Positions 1 to 10,431 of a stretch of 64,000 bases of DNA are shown one piece after another. The stretch is from an uncultured Gemmatimonadales bacterium (lineage in GTDB: Bacteria; Gemmatimonadota; Gemmatimonadetes; Gemmatimonadales; GWC2-71-9), in NCBI GenBank assembly GCA_963828735.1, contig CAWHFW010000005.1, positions 2,048,001 through 2,112,000 on the forward strand, read 5' to 3'. Numbering within the stretch: the first letter of the stretch is position 1; each line of letters starts with the position of its first letter. The position numbers were made by a program, and so were the translations under genes. A model generated the notes under the pieces. That model saw nothing but the letters and a program-made list of their open reading frames with translations. It was not told the DNA's origin and searched no databases.

Positions 1-2184
1 GGCAACGCCCTGGCCTACGCCCACGCCCACGGCGTGATCCACCGCGACCTCAAGCCCGAGAACATCCTCCTCCAGTCCGGCCAGCCGGTGATCGCGGACT
101 TCGGCATCGCGCTGGCCGTCGCCCAGGCCGGCGGACCCCGCGTCACCGAGACCGGCATCTCCCTCGGCACCCCGCACTACATGAGCCCCGAGCAGGCCGC
201 CGCCGAGCGCGAGATCGACGCCCGGTCCGACCAGTACGCCCTGGCCGCCGTGACCTACGAGATGCTCTCGGGCGAGCCGCCCCATACCGGGCCCACGGCC
301 CAGGCCGTCATCGCGCGGCTCATGACCGAGCAGGTCCGGAGCCTGCGCGCGACCCGGCCTGGCGTGCCGGTCGAGGTGGACCGCGCGGTCGCGCGCGCGC
401 TGGCCAAGTCGCCGGCGGACCGGTTCGGCTCGGTGGCCGAATTCGTCGCCGCGCTCACGGGACCCGCCGATTCGGCACCGGGTCGGTCAGGCCGGCGCAC
501 TTCGCGGTGGTTGATTCTCGCGGCCGCGAGCCTCGCGATCGCGCTGGCGATGTTCGGCATCAGCCGCCTGCGAGGCGGGGGTAGTGCGGAGACAGCCGCG
601 CCGAGCGACAATCTCCGCGTGGTGGCGGTCCTCCCGTTCCGCAACCTCTCGCGAGACACCGCGCAGCAGTACTTCAGCGCCGGGATGACCGAGGAGATCG
701 CCACCGAGCTCTCCCGTGTCGCCGCGCTGCGGGTGCTGAGTCGTGCCGCCACGGCGCAGTACGACACGGCGGGGGACCGGCTCAAGCGGATGTCGCGCGA
801 GCTGGGCGTGGGCAGCGTCGTGGATGGCAGCGTGCGTCTGGCCGGCGACCGGGTCCGCATCGCCGTGGAGCTGACCAACGTGCGGACCGGCCAGTCGCTC
901 TGGTCGGAGCAGTACGACCGGCAGATCTCCGATCTGTTCGCGGTGCAGGATGACGTCGCGCACAAGGTCACGGCGGCGCTCGAGGCCAGGCTCACCCCCG
1001 CCGAGGACAAGCGGGTCGCCCATGCCCCGACCTCCAACATGGCGGCCTACCAGCTCTACCTGCGGGCACTGGACCTCAACCCCACGCTGCGGACGGAGAA
1101 TCTCTCCGGCGGCGAGCTGCTGGGGCAGGCCACTCGGATGGATCCCGGGTTCGCCGCGGCCTACGCCCAGCTCGCCCGGAATCTGATGTTCCGGAGCGTG
1201 GCCGGGGAGCGGGCCTACACCGACTCCGCGTTCATCGCCGCGCGAAAGGCGATCGCGCTCGACCCGGAGTTGGCCGACGGCTGGTTTGCGCTCGCCGACT
1301 TGGAGAGCGTCGTCCTCAAGCTGTCCGATGCCCGGCGTTCGTACCTCAAGGCCCTGGAGCTCAACCCGAGCCACGGCGGCGCGATGGCCGACCTGGCCAA
1401 TGTGTACGTCACGCTCGGACGCTACGATGAGGCGCTGGACTGGTCCCTGCGCAATCAGCAGCTCAACCCCAATCTGCCGCATTCTCCCTACCACGTCTCC
1501 CTCGGCCTGATGCCGCTCGACGACGACTCGGCCACCGGACGCTTCCTGCTCGCCGCGGAGCGGCAGTTTCCGACCGAGCTCAGGATTCAGGGACTGCTGG
1601 CATGGCTGGACCTGAGGCGCGGGTTCAACCGGGCGGCCCTCGAGCGGGCCCGCCGCATGGTGCGGAACGCGCCCGACAATACCGAGGGGCCGCCGATCCT
1701 GGCCGAGCTGGCGGTGGTGGTGGGAGACACCGGCGCCGAGCGGCTCATCGAGCCGCTGGCCCGGCAGGATCCAGAGGCGGCCGGACAGATGTTTCCCGAA
1801 TCGCTCCGGTCGCTCTATGCCCTGACCCTGCAGCGTCAGGGGGACACCCGCCGCGCCGCCGAGCTGTGGCGGGCCTCGGCCGCGGCGGCGCACCGCAGCC
1901 TCGATGCCGGCGCGGAGAGCTACACGGCCCCGATGGAGCTGGCCGCGATCAGCGCCGTCGAGGGCCACACCGATGCGGCGCTCGAGTGGCTCGAGCGCGG
2001 CTACCGGGCCGGATGGAAGGACGCCCGGTTCCTCAATCTCGATCCCTTCTTCGCATCGGTGCGGCGGGAGCCGCGCTACCAGGCGCTGGTCGCCGCCATG
2101 ACGCAGGACGTGGCGGAGATGAGGAAGCGCGCGGCGGCCGCGCATCCCTCGCTGTTCAGTCAGGGGTCACCGGCAGAGCGCTGA
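1..2184 (+). CDS. Ser/Thr protein kinase with TM segment, TolB-like domain and TPR repeats (5'-partial)
   Basis: Frame open from base 1 (GNALAYAHAHGVIHRDLKPEN); DFG and GTPHYMSPEQ kinase motifs; hydrophobic helix; VAVLPFRNLS...FSAGMTEEI domain; TPR-like helices. Confidence 0.9.
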   Translation, partial: GNALAYAHAHGVIHRDLKPENILLQSGQPVIADFGIALAVAQAGGPRVTETGISLGTPHYMSPEQAAAEREIDARSDQYALAAVTYEMLSGEPPHTGPTAQAVIARLMTEQVRSLRATRPGVPVEVDRAVARALAKSPADRFGSVAEFVAALTGPADSAPGRSGRRTSRWLILAAASLAIALAMFGISRLRGGGSAETAAPSDNLRVVAVLPFRNLSRDTAQQYFSAGMTEEIATELSRVAALRVLSRAATAQYDTAGDRLKRMSRELGVGSVVDGSVRLAGDRVRIAVELTNVRTGQSLWSEQYDRQISDLFAVQDDVAHKVTAALEARLTPAEDKRVAHAPTSNMAAYQLYLRALDLNPTLRTENLSGGELLGQATRMDPGFAAAYAQLARNLMFRSVAGERAYTDSAFIAARKAIALDPELADGWFALADLESVVLKLSDARRSYLKALELNPSHGGAMADLANVYVTLGRYDEALDWSLRNQQLNPNLPHSPYHVSLGLMPLDDDSATGRFLLAAERQFPTELRIQGLLAWLDLRRGFNRAALERARRMVRNAPDNTEGPPILAELAVVVGDTGAERLIEPLARQDPEAAGQMFPESLRSLYALTLQRQGDTRRAAELWRASAAAAHRSLDAGAESYTAPMELAAISAVEGHTDAALEWLERGYRAGWKDARFLNLDPFFASVRREPRYQALVAAMTQDVAEMRKRAAAAHPSLFSQGSPAER

Positions 2185-2363
2185 TTCGTCACTCCGGTGC
2201 CGCACCCGCCGAAGCTCGGACCACCTCTGGACCAGATCGCCGTCCCCCGCCCCAGCGTCGACCAGGTAGGAGTCGCCCTCACCGCTCTCGACGCGGCCCG
2301 CCGCGGCCTGCATCTTTCCCGAGCAGGTCACAGGCTGACAACCACCACCATCGGGGAGCGCCC

Positions 2364-2681
2364 ATGAAGTACGTGCTCAGCTGGTTCGAACGCCCGCAGG
2401 GCTCGCCGATCGAGTACGAGAATGCCCAGAAGCGCATCCTAGAGGTGTTCGGTCAATGGAAGGCGCCCGCCAACTTCAAGATCGAATTCTTCGTGATCCG
2501 CGTCGGCGAGTGGGGAGGGCACATGCTGGTCGAGTGCGACGATCCGGTGACCGTCCACAAGTTCTGTTCGATGCTGCCCGCGTTCGTCTTCGAGGCGCGA
2601 CCGGTCATCACGGTCGAGGAAGCCGTCCGCGGTGAGCTCGAGGTGATTGCCTGGCGGGACGGACTGAAGGGCAGAACCTGA
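2364..2681 (+). CDS. DUF3303-like small protein
   Basis: GGGGAG RBS then ATG; MKYVLSWFERPQGS...GGHMLVECDD...FEARPV resembles DUF3303. Confidence 0.7.
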   Translation: MKYVLSWFERPQGSPIEYENAQKRILEVFGQWKAPANFKIEFFVIRVGEWGGHMLVECDDPVTVHKFCSMLPAFVFEARPVITVEEAVRGELEVIAWRDGLKGRT

Positions 2682-2780
2682 GTCCTCGCCGCCAGGATCA
2701 TTGAGCCCAGTGACCTTCGCCAGGGCGAAGGCCATCACCACCGCCCGAATCCCTCCCTCCGCGTCGCCGTCGGGCACCAG

Positions 2781-2849
2781 CATGACGGCGCCAAGATCTC
2801 CACGTCGCGCGGCAACGTCGTCATCCCCGACGAGTTGATCGCTCGCTGA
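2781..2849 (+). pseudogene. Tiny class I aminoacyl-tRNA synthetase (LeuRS-like) KMSKS-loop fragment
   Basis: Translates HDGAKISTSRGNVVIPDELIAR*, close to DGAKMSKSRGNVVxPD. Confidence 0.45.
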
Positions 2850-2883
2850 AGAACCCTTGCCCCGGCCCGCCGGTTAGTTCACC

Positions 2884-3888
2884 ATGTCTACCATGGTTCC
2901 CCTCTCCGTCCTCGACCTCGCCCCCATCGTCGAAGGCGGCGACGCCGCCGACGCGTTCCGCCGCTCGCTCGACCTCGCCCGCCACGCCGAGCGTCTGGGC
3001 TACCGCCGCTTCTGGCTCGCCGAGCACCACGGCATGCCGGGTATCGCGAGCGCGGCCACCGCGGTCGTCATCGGCCACGTGGCCGCCGGCACCTCCACCA
3101 TCCGCGTCGGCGCCGGCGGGATCATGCTGCCGAACCACGCGCCGCTCGTGATCGCGGAGCAGTTCGGCACCCTGGCCTCGCTCTTCCCCGGACGCATCGA
3201 CCTCGGGCTTGGCCGGGCGCCGGGGTCGGACCAGCTCACCACCCGCGCGCTGCGACGGAGTCCGCTGGCCGCCGAGACCTTTCCGGCGGATGTCGTCGAG
3301 CTGATGAGCTATTTCCAGCCGACCCATCCCCGACAGCTCGTGCGGGCCGTGCCCGGCGCCGGGCTCGACGTGCCGATCTGGATCCTGGGCTCGAGCCTGT
3401 TCGGCGCGCAGCTCGCGGCCGAGCTCGGCCTGCCGTTCGCCTTCGCCTCGCACTTCGCGCCGGCCGCGCTCGACGAGGCGCTCGAGCTCTACCGCGCCCG
3501 CTTCAAGCCCTCCGTCCAGCTCGAGCGCCCTCACGTCATGCTCGGTGTCAACGTCTTCGCGGCCGAGACGGACGATGAGGGCCGGCGGCTATTCAGCTCG
3601 CTGCAGCAGGCCTTCGTGAACCTGCGGCGCGGCCACCCAGGCAAGCTGCCGCCGCCCGACGCTGGGTTCGTCGAGCGGCTGCACCCGGGCGACCGACGGT
3701 TGCTGGATGAGATGCTGTCGTGCTCGGTGGTGGGGTCGCCCGCGACGGTGCAGCGCGGGCTGGAGGCGTTCGCCGCCCGCACCGGCGCGGACGAGCTCAT
3801 GGTCGCGTCGCAGATCTACGATCACGAGGCGCGGCTGCGTTCCTACGAGCTAGCGGCCGGTACTCCAGCCGCCGCCGTCCTGCCTTGA
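2884..3888 (+). CDS. LLM class flavin-dependent oxidoreductase
   Basis: [40 protein letters not shown] motifs. Confidence 0.92.
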   Translation: MSTMVPLSVLDLAPIVEGGDAADAFRRSLDLARHAERLGYRRFWLAEHHGMPGIASAATAVVIGHVAAGTSTIRVGAGGIMLPNHAPLVIAEQFGTLASLFPGRIDLGLGRAPGSDQLTTRALRRSPLAAETFPADVVELMSYFQPTHPRQLVRAVPGAGLDVPIWILGSSLFGAQLAAELGLPFAFASHFAPAALDEALELYRARFKPSVQLERPHVMLGVNVFAAETDDEGRRLFSSLQQAFVNLRRGHPGKLPPPDAGFVERLHPGDRRLLDEMLSCSVVGSPATVQRGLEAFAARTGADELMVASQIYDHEARLRSYELAAGTPAAAVLP

Positions 3889-3977
3889 GGCGATAGACCC
3901 CGTCACCAGCCGGCTCGTGGCGGCGGATCCTGAGCGGTATTCCGGTGCGGGTGAACTCACCTCACCCCCCCGCTCTC

Positions 3978-5363
3978 ATGGAGTTACCCTTTGATACCGC
4001 CATGATCCAACACCTGCTCGACACCTACGGGTACGCCGCCGTCCTGCTGCTTGTGGCGCTCGAAAGTCTGGGCATCCCGCTGCCCGGCGAGACCGCGCTC
4101 CTCACCGCCTCGGCCTATGCCGCCACCGGCCACCTTTCGATCGTGGGCGTCATCGCCGCGGCGGCAGCCGGCGCGGTGCTGGGTGACGCCGGGGCCTATT
4201 GGATCGGGCGGACCGGCGGGCTGGCCCTCATCCGGCGCTACGGGAAGCTGCTCGGCGTCGACGAGGCCAGGCTCGAGCGGGCCCGCGGGTTCTTCAAGCG
4301 CCATGGCGGCAAGACGGTGTTCCTCGGCCGCTTCGTGTCGCTGTTTCGCATGCTCGCCGCGCTCCTGGCCGGCGTGACCCGGATGCCCTACGGCCGGTTC
4401 TCGGCCTTCAACGTGGCCGGCGGGATCTGCTGGTCGGTGCTGTTCGGCAGTCTGGGCTATTTCTTCGGCCGCCAGCTGCCGCACATCGAGCATGCCATCG
4501 GACAGGCCGGCGCGCTCCTCGTGCTGCTGGGGGCACTCCTCGTCGGGCTGGTTCTCGCGGGCGGCTGGGTGGTGCGCAACGCCGCCGAAATCCGCGGGTG
4601 GGTCTCGCGGCTGATCCGGCGGGTCGGCGCCTCGCCGTTCATTCAGGGCGTGCGCGAGCGGCACCCCAAGGCGTGGTCGTTCGTGGCGCGGCGGTTCGCG
4701 GCCGGCGAGTACCTGGGCCTCCACCTGACTCTCGGCCTGCTGTTGAGCCTCGGCGCGCTGTGGCTGTTCGGGGGCATCTCGGAAGACGTCGTCCACCACG
4801 ATCCCATCACGCAGGTCGACCTCACGATCGCGAGCGCGTTGCACCGGCACGCGACCCCGACCGGCGTCGCGATCGCCAAGGGCTTGAGCTTCCTCGGCTC
4901 GCCGGGATTCGTCGCCGCCTGGGGACTCGGCCTCATCGTCGTCCTCCTCGTGCGTCGGCGACCGCTGCTGGCCGGTGGCTGGATCGCGGCGGTCGCGGGC
5001 GGCGGCCTGCTCGACCTCGCGCTCAAGCGGGTGTTCCACCGGACCCGACCCACCTGGGACGTGCCCCTGCTGACGGCTCGAGGATGGAGCTTCCCGAGCG
5101 GACACGCCATGGGATCGCTCATTGCGTACGGCATGCTGGCCTACATGCTGGTCCGGGATGCGGAGGGTCGCCGCCCGCGGATGGCGATCGTGGTGGGGGC
5201 CGTGCTGCTCGTCCTCCTCATCGGCCTCAGCCGGATGGTCCTCGGCGTGCACTACTTCAGCGACGTCCTCGGTGGCTATGCGGCCGGCGTGGTGTGGCTG
5301 GCGACATGCATCACGGGCCTCGAAGTCGCGCGGCGGATACCGCCGGGTACGCCCTCCTCATGA
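3978..5363 (+). CDS. Bifunctional DedA/PAP2 phosphatase membrane protein
   Basis: ESLGIPLPGE (DedA); KRVFHRTRP, SFPSGH, SRMVLGVHYFSDV (PAP2); alternative start 4002. Confidence 0.9.
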   Translation: MELPFDTAMIQHLLDTYGYAAVLLLVALESLGIPLPGETALLTASAYAATGHLSIVGVIAAAAAGAVLGDAGAYWIGRTGGLALIRRYGKLLGVDEARLERARGFFKRHGGKTVFLGRFVSLFRMLAALLAGVTRMPYGRFSAFNVAGGICWSVLFGSLGYFFGRQLPHIEHAIGQAGALLVLLGALLVGLVLAGGWVVRNAAEIRGWVSRLIRRVGASPFIQGVRERHPKAWSFVARRFAAGEYLGLHLTLGLLLSLGALWLFGGISEDVVHHDPITQVDLTIASALHRHATPTGVAIAKGLSFLGSPGFVAAWGLGLIVVLLVRRRPLLAGGWIAAVAGGGLLDLALKRVFHRTRPTWDVPLLTARGWSFPSGHAMGSLIAYGMLAYMLVRDAEGRRPRMAIVVGAVLLVLLIGLSRMVLGVHYFSDVLGGYAAGVVWLATCITGLEVARRIPPGTPSS

Positions 5364-6799
5364 GCGGCGCGAAAGGCAAGTCGGCCTTCCTGATCATCAG
5401 CCCTCGGCGGGGCAAGAACGTCGCCCGGCTCGCTGACCTGCTGGCCGTGCTCTCCGCGGCGGGCTGGAAGACCGACACCGCCCTCAAGGAGTTCGCCGGG
5501 CACACGATGGTCCTGGCGCGAGAGGCGGCGGAGGCGGGCTACGATCTCGTGATCGGCTACGGGGGAGACGGAACGCTCAATCAGGTCGTCAACGGTGTCA
5601 TGGCCGCCAAGCGGGGGCGGAGTGTCGTCGGTCTCATCCCCGGTGGGACCGCCAATGTCTGGGCCCACGAGATCGGGCTGCCGGACGACCCGGTCAAGGC
5701 CTCGCTCCTCCTCATCAACAGCGACGGACGCAAGGTCGACCTGGGACACGTCGGGGTGGACGCGCTTCACCTCCCGTCCACGAAGAACGGACCGCCGGGG
5801 AAGCCCCCGTCCGGCCGCCGGCATCATTTCCTCCTCATGGCGGGCCTGGGCATCGATGCCGCCGTCATGCGCCGGGTCTCCGCGCCGCTCAAGGAGAGGA
5901 TCGGTCAGGCGGCCGTTGCGCTCGCGGCGGCAAAGGAGCTGCCCTTTCAGCACGCCTTCCCGATCGAGATCGCGTCTTCGGTCCCGGGCGAGGAGAGGGC
6001 CGTGCTCTGGAAGGGCGACGCGCTCCAGGTCATCGTCGGCAACACGCGCAGGTACGGCAACATCGCCGAGGTGACCGGGGACGCCCACATTGATGACGGG
6101 CTGCTGGACATCGGCATCATTACCGCGGGGGATCCGCTTTCCACCATGGAGCAGGTCCTCGCGGCTCTGCTGCATCGCGAGCCGGCCCACGGCCGGTCGG
6201 AATATTTTCGCGGCCGACGCTTCTGGATCACGGCGCCCGCCTCCGTCGGCCTGCAGGTGGACGGGAGCCGGGTGAAGCTCAAGGACTACCTGGCGGGCCT
6301 GGATCGGGCGGCACTCGGAGGGGCAGAGCATCCCGAGGCGGTACTCGTGACCTACCGGTTCGACGCGATGCCAAAGGCGGTGCATCTGGCCATACCGCGC
6401 TCCTACGACGGCGCGCTGTTCGAGGGCAGAGCGGGGAAGGAAGGTGAGCGGGAGGACGGCGTTGGGGGCGACACGCTTGGATCGGAAGGCGGCCGACAGG
6501 CTGAGCCGGTCGACGCGCTGCTGGAGGAGGGACGGAAGATTACCGTGGTCGCGGTCGGCCCGAACCCGGAGCGCAAGGCAACCTGGATCGTTGCCGGCGC
6601 GACCCCGGACAAGGACACCGGGGAGTCCAAGCCCGTCGCCGTGCGCATCGACCGCGACACCAGGCTGGTCACGCCTGACGGAGAGTCGCTTCCGCCGGCC
6701 GCCGTGGCGAAGCTTTCGGAGGGAAGCGCGATCGTGGTGGAAGGGAAGCGAAGCAAGCGCGGGGTGATCCGGGCGAAGCGAGTCGTCGTGGTGAGCTGA
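5360..6799 (+). CDS. Diacylglycerol/lipid kinase family protein with extra C-terminal domain
   Basis: ATGA overlap with upstream stop; GGDGTLNQVVNG, IPGGTANVWA, GNTRRYG, DDGLLD, QVDG motifs. Confidence 0.88.
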   Translation: MSGAKGKSAFLIISPRRGKNVARLADLLAVLSAAGWKTDTALKEFAGHTMVLAREAAEAGYDLVIGYGGDGTLNQVVNGVMAAKRGRSVVGLIPGGTANVWAHEIGLPDDPVKASLLLINSDGRKVDLGHVGVDALHLPSTKNGPPGKPPSGRRHHFLLMAGLGIDAAVMRRVSAPLKERIGQAAVALAAAKELPFQHAFPIEIASSVPGEERAVLWKGDALQVIVGNTRRYGNIAEVTGDAHIDDGLLDIGIITAGDPLSTMEQVLAALLHREPAHGRSEYFRGRRFWITAPASVGLQVDGSRVKLKDYLAGLDRAALGGAEHPEAVLVTYRFDAMPKAVHLAIPRSYDGALFEGRAGKEGEREDGVGGDTLGSEGGRQAEPVDALLEEGRKITVVAVGPNPERKATWIVAGATPDKDTGESKPVAVRIDRDTRLVTPDGESLPPAAVAKLSEGSAIVVEGKRSKRGVIRAKRVVVVS

Positions 6800-6811
6800 C
6801 GTCGCCGAATC

Positions 6812-8140
6812 TCACAACTGTTTCCGCAGCACTCCCGCCATCCGTTCCTCGACCCGCTCCAGAAGTGACCGATGCCGCCATGCCTCGGCCGTGATCTCGC
6901 GCGACCGGGCCCGGTCCTTCGTGAAGGCCGCCGCCTGGGCAGCGCCGAATGCGGGGTCGTAGACGTTGAGGTTGGCCTCCTGATTGAGCCGGAACGAGCG
7001 GTCGTCGAAGTTGGTCGAGCCGACGGAGCACCAGATATCGTCCACCACCATCACCTTGGTGTGGTACATCGTCGGCTGATACTCGAAGATTTTCACGCCG
7101 GCGTCGAGCATCGGCCCCCACATCAGGCGCGACGCCCTGCGGACCACCTGCGCGTCCAGAATCGGACCAGGCACGATGATCTCGACGTCCACGCCGCGCC
7201 GGCGGGCTGCGACCAGCATGTCCACGGTCGTCTGGTCGGGCACGAAGTAGGCGTTCGCGATCAGAATCCTCCGGGTGGCCGCGGCGATGGCGAGCAGAAA
7301 CATGACGCGAAGGTTGCCGTTGCCGCCCTTGGGCGAGCTCCAGAACACCTGGCCGAGCTGCCCGCCCTCGCGATCGAGGTCCGGGTAATAGCCGGGCCCA
7401 TCGAGCATCACGCCCTGGGTCTCGAACCAGTCGTCCATGAACGCGGCCTGGAGCTGAGCGACCACGGGTCCTTCGACCCGGAAGTGGGAGTCGCGCCAGT
7501 GCTCCGAGTCCTGGGCGTGGCCCAGCCACTTGTCGGCCACACCCATGCCGCCGGTGAACCCCAGGCGCCCGTCCACGATCAGCAGCTTCCGGTGGGTGCG
7601 ATGATTGAGGTGGTCGAGCTGGTAAAAGTGGAGCGGACGGTAGAACACGACCTCGACGCCGGCCTGCCGAAGCCGCTTGATGTCGTCCTTGTCGACTTTC
7701 TGGGACCCCGCCCAGTCGATCATAACGTGCACATGCACGCCGGCCCGGGCGCGCTCGGTGAGCGCGGCGGTGAACTGGTGTCCGATCGCCGATGACCAGT
7801 AGATGTAGCTCTCGAAGGTGATCGTCCGGCGCGCCGAGCGGATGGCCGCGAGCATGGCCGGGAAGGCCTCGTCGCCGTTGTAGAGCGCGGTGACCCGGTT
7901 GCCGGCGACGAAAGCGGGGCCGAGCAGACTCCCCATCGTGCGCACGAACTGCGAGTCGGTGGCGGCGTAGCTGTGGGGGAGGGGGTGCGCGACCTTGCGC
8001 TCGGAGCTCGCCAGGTTGGCGTACAGGAACGCGATCACGAGCACGGCGCCCACCGCCAGGGCGATCTCGGCGGCGCGGAGTCGCCGCCAGCGCTCGGCCA
8101 GATCCTTGACGTCTTTGAACACCGATCGCTTCGCCGGCAT
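6812..8140 (-). CDS. cls: Cardiolipin synthase (phospholipase D family)
   Basis: Two HKD motifs (HRKLLIVD, HTKVMVVD), GSTNFDDRSF, N-terminal TM. Confidence 0.9.
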   Translation of the reverse strand: MPAKRSVFKDVKDLAERWRRLRAAEIALAVGAVLVIAFLYANLASSERKVAHPLPHSYAATDSQFVRTMGSLLGPAFVAGNRVTALYNGDEAFPAMLAAIRSARRTITFESYIYWSSAIGHQFTAALTERARAGVHVHVMIDWAGSQKVDKDDIKRLRQAGVEVVFYRPLHFYQLDHLNHRTHRKLLIVDGRLGFTGGMGVADKWLGHAQDSEHWRDSHFRVEGPVVAQLQAAFMDDWFETQGVMLDGPGYYPDLDREGGQLGQVFWSSPKGGNGNLRVMFLLAIAAATRRILIANAYFVPDQTTVDMLVAARRRGVDVEIIVPGPILDAQVVRRASRLMWGPMLDAGVKIFEYQPTMYHTKVMVVDDIWCSVGSTNFDDRSFRLNQEANLNVYDPAFGAAQAAAFTKDRARSREITAEAWRHRSLLERVEERMAGVLRKQL

Positions 8141-8173
8141 GCCGGGACGTCCCGTGGAAGAGGCGTCCTTGAT

Positions 8174-9031
8174 CTAGCCCCTTCCTTCCGCCTTGGCCAG
8201 CCCAGCGCTCCCGGTGGCCTCGGGCACGACGACGGCCCACACCGGACGGTGGTCGCTCGCGCCGCGGGTCTCGTGCAGCACCCCGGCCCGCCCTGGACCG
8301 GCCGGCACAAGCCGCCGGACGAAGATGTGGTCCCAGGTGAAGATCGAGATGGTCGGGTCGATGTGGCGCGTGAGCCAGCGATATCCGTTGCGCTCGAGGA
8401 AGGGGCCGATCCCGTAGCTGTTGAAGTCGCCCGCGATCACGACGGGCCCGTCGAAGCGGCCAGCGTCCGCGAGGATCGTCCGCACCTGGTCTTCCCGCGC
8501 CCGGTCCGACCCTCCGGACGGCGTCTCCAGGTGGACCCCATAGACCCGCATCCTGACACCCCGGACGACCACCTCTGCTGCGGTCGCGTTCCGTCGCTGG
8601 TGGCGGGTGCGGCTTGCGTGGGGCAGCAGCACCTTCCAGCTGCGCGCGATCGGCCAGCGGGAGAGCACGGCGGGGCCGAAGTACTTGTGGTCGGTCGGGT
8701 GGATCGAGCCGGGGTAGTAGACGTAGTTGAGGTCGAGCGCCCGGGCGATGCGGTCCACGCCGCGGTCGTCCATCTCTTCCAGGGTGACGATATCGGCGCC
8801 GCGAAGACTGTCGCTCCGCAACACCTCGATGGCGCGGTCGATCCGGCGGGCGAGCTTGATGTTGAAGGTGACGATCCGGATCGGACCGGTGACTCGGGAA
8901 TCATTGCCGAGCAGCGCGTACTCGCCCGAGAACCGTGGCGAGGCGGGATCGAGCAGGTTGGTCGTGCGGGCGCAGCCGGCCAGGAGGGCGGCGGCGAGCA
9001 CGGTTCGGAAGGCGAGATCGGACACGGTCAT
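8174..9031 (-). CDS. Endonuclease/exonuclease/phosphatase family lipoprotein
   Basis: Lipobox LLAGC; IVTFNI, AGDFN, WDHIF, SDHRPV motifs. Confidence 0.88.
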   Translation of the reverse strand: MTVSDLAFRTVLAAALLAGCARTTNLLDPASPRFSGEYALLGNDSRVTGPIRIVTFNIKLARRIDRAIEVLRSDSLRGADIVTLEEMDDRGVDRIARALDLNYVYYPGSIHPTDHKYFGPAVLSRWPIARSWKVLLPHASRTRHQRRNATAAEVVVRGVRMRVYGVHLETPSGGSDRAREDQVRTILADAGRFDGPVVIAGDFNSYGIGPFLERNGYRWLTRHIDPTISIFTWDHIFVRRLVPAGPGRAGVLHETRGASDHRPVWAVVVPEATGSAGLAKAEGRG

Positions 9032-9041
9032 GGAGTAAATG

Positions 9042-9176
9042 CTAGCTCGACGGCGCGGGCCTGGAGGCGCGTGGCGGGACCTTCGCAAGCACCCGTGCCA
9101 CCGCGGCGCGGAGTCGCTCGAGTTGCAGCGCCTCCATTCGTTCGCGGGTAAGGCTCTCGACCTCAGGTTTCCACAT
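9042..9176 (-). pseudogene. paaK: Truncated phenylacetate-CoA ligase (PaaK-like N-terminus only)
   Basis: MWKPEVESLTRERMEALQLERLRAAVARVLAKVP matches the PaaK N-terminal pattern; start overlaps the aminotransferase stop; stops after 44 codons. Confidence 0.7.
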
Positions 9177-10431
9177 CCAGCCGCTCGAGCGCCCCTCGCA
9201 ATCGAACCAGCAGCTCTCCGATGGCGCTCTCCGACACGCTGCCGACCGAGAGCCGGAACCACCCTGGCTCACCGTCGAAGCCGAAGGCCTCGAACGGCAC
9301 CACGGCAAGGCCGGCTTGCTCGAGCAGGTAGCACCGCATGACCTCCGTGGAATCCAGGGCCTGACCTCCGGTGCCACGCCCCTTCGGCGGGCCGAACCGC
9401 ACGCTGAGATACATGCCGCCCGAAGGTGCGACCACCTCGACGGGCAACCCGTCTCGCCGCATCGCCAGCATCCCGGCATGCAGCCGGTCGAGCCGCTGTG
9501 CGAGACCGGTCTGCATCGTGCGACGGGCCGCGGCGACCGCCTCCGCATCGGCCAGCATCTCTGCCGTGCCAACCTGCGCCGGCCGCGGAGCCCAGGCGCC
9601 TACATGACCCAGAAAGGCGTTGAGCTGGCCCGAGAGATCCGCTGGCGCGCAGATCCAGCCAACCCTGAGACCGGTCGCCGCGAACACCTTGGAGATGCCG
9701 TCCACCAGAATCGTGTAGGGCGCCACCTCCGGGCAAAGCACCTGTGGCACCACGTGCTCGAGCCCGTGGAAGGTCAGCATCCAGTACACTTGGTCATACA
9801 GCAGGTAGAGCGGCGGCTCGTCCGGCGACCGCCGCGCGTTCTCCGCCACGACCGCGTCGCAGATGGTCCCCAGGGTCGCCGCGTCGAACGCGGTGCCAGT
9901 GGGGTTGACCGGGGAATTGAGCACCAGGAGTCGCGCACCCCGGAGGGCGGGTGCCAGCATGTCCGCGGTCGGAAGGAAGGCGGTGTCACTGCCACACTGG
10001 ATCGGAACCGCGGTGGCTCCGGCCAACTCGCAGTAGCTGTCGTTGTTCCAGGAAGGTACCGGGAACACGACTCGATCGCCTGGTTCGATCGTGAGCTGAT
10101 ACGCGGCGAACAAACCCGGCCGGGAGCCGCCGGTGATCACGATCGAGCTGGCGGGAATCGCGAGGCCGAGCTCGCGGGCGTAGAGCGACGAGACCTGCTC
10201 CCGGAGCGCCGGGATCCCCACCGACGGCGGGTAGTTCGTCTCTCCGCGGCGAAGCGCGGCCTCGATGCGCTCGAGCAGCAGCGGCGGAATCGGAAACTCG
10301 CGCGGGTCGAAGTCGCCGATGCTCAGGTTGCAAATCTGCCGCCCGCCGGCCTGGAGCGCCCGAACCTCGTCGGCGATCGCCAGAATGCGCGACCCGACCA
10401 GGCCGGCGAAGCGGCGGCGGGTCGGGGTCAC
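9163..10431 (-). CDS. PLP-dependent aminotransferase class I/II
   Basis: NSPVNPTG, YDQVY, DGISKVFAATGLRVGW; GTG start overlaps paaZ stop. Confidence 0.9.
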   Translation of the reverse strand: MTPTRRRFAGLVGSRILAIADEVRALQAGGRQICNLSIGDFDPREFPIPPLLLERIEAALRRGETNYPPSVGIPALREQVSSLYARELGLAIPASSIVITGGSRPGLFAAYQLTIEPGDRVVFPVPSWNNDSYCELAGATAVPIQCGSDTAFLPTADMLAPALRGARLLVLNSPVNPTGTAFDAATLGTICDAVVAENARRSPDEPPLYLLYDQVYWMLTFHGLEHVVPQVLCPEVAPYTILVDGISKVFAATGLRVGWICAPADLSGQLNAFLGHVGAWAPRPAQVGTAEMLADAEAVAAARRTMQTGLAQRLDRLHAGMLAMRRDGLPVEVVAPSGGMYLSVRFGPPKGRGTGGQALDSTEVMRCYLLEQAGLAVVPFEAFGFDGEPGWFRLSVGSVSESAIGELLVRLRGALERLDVET

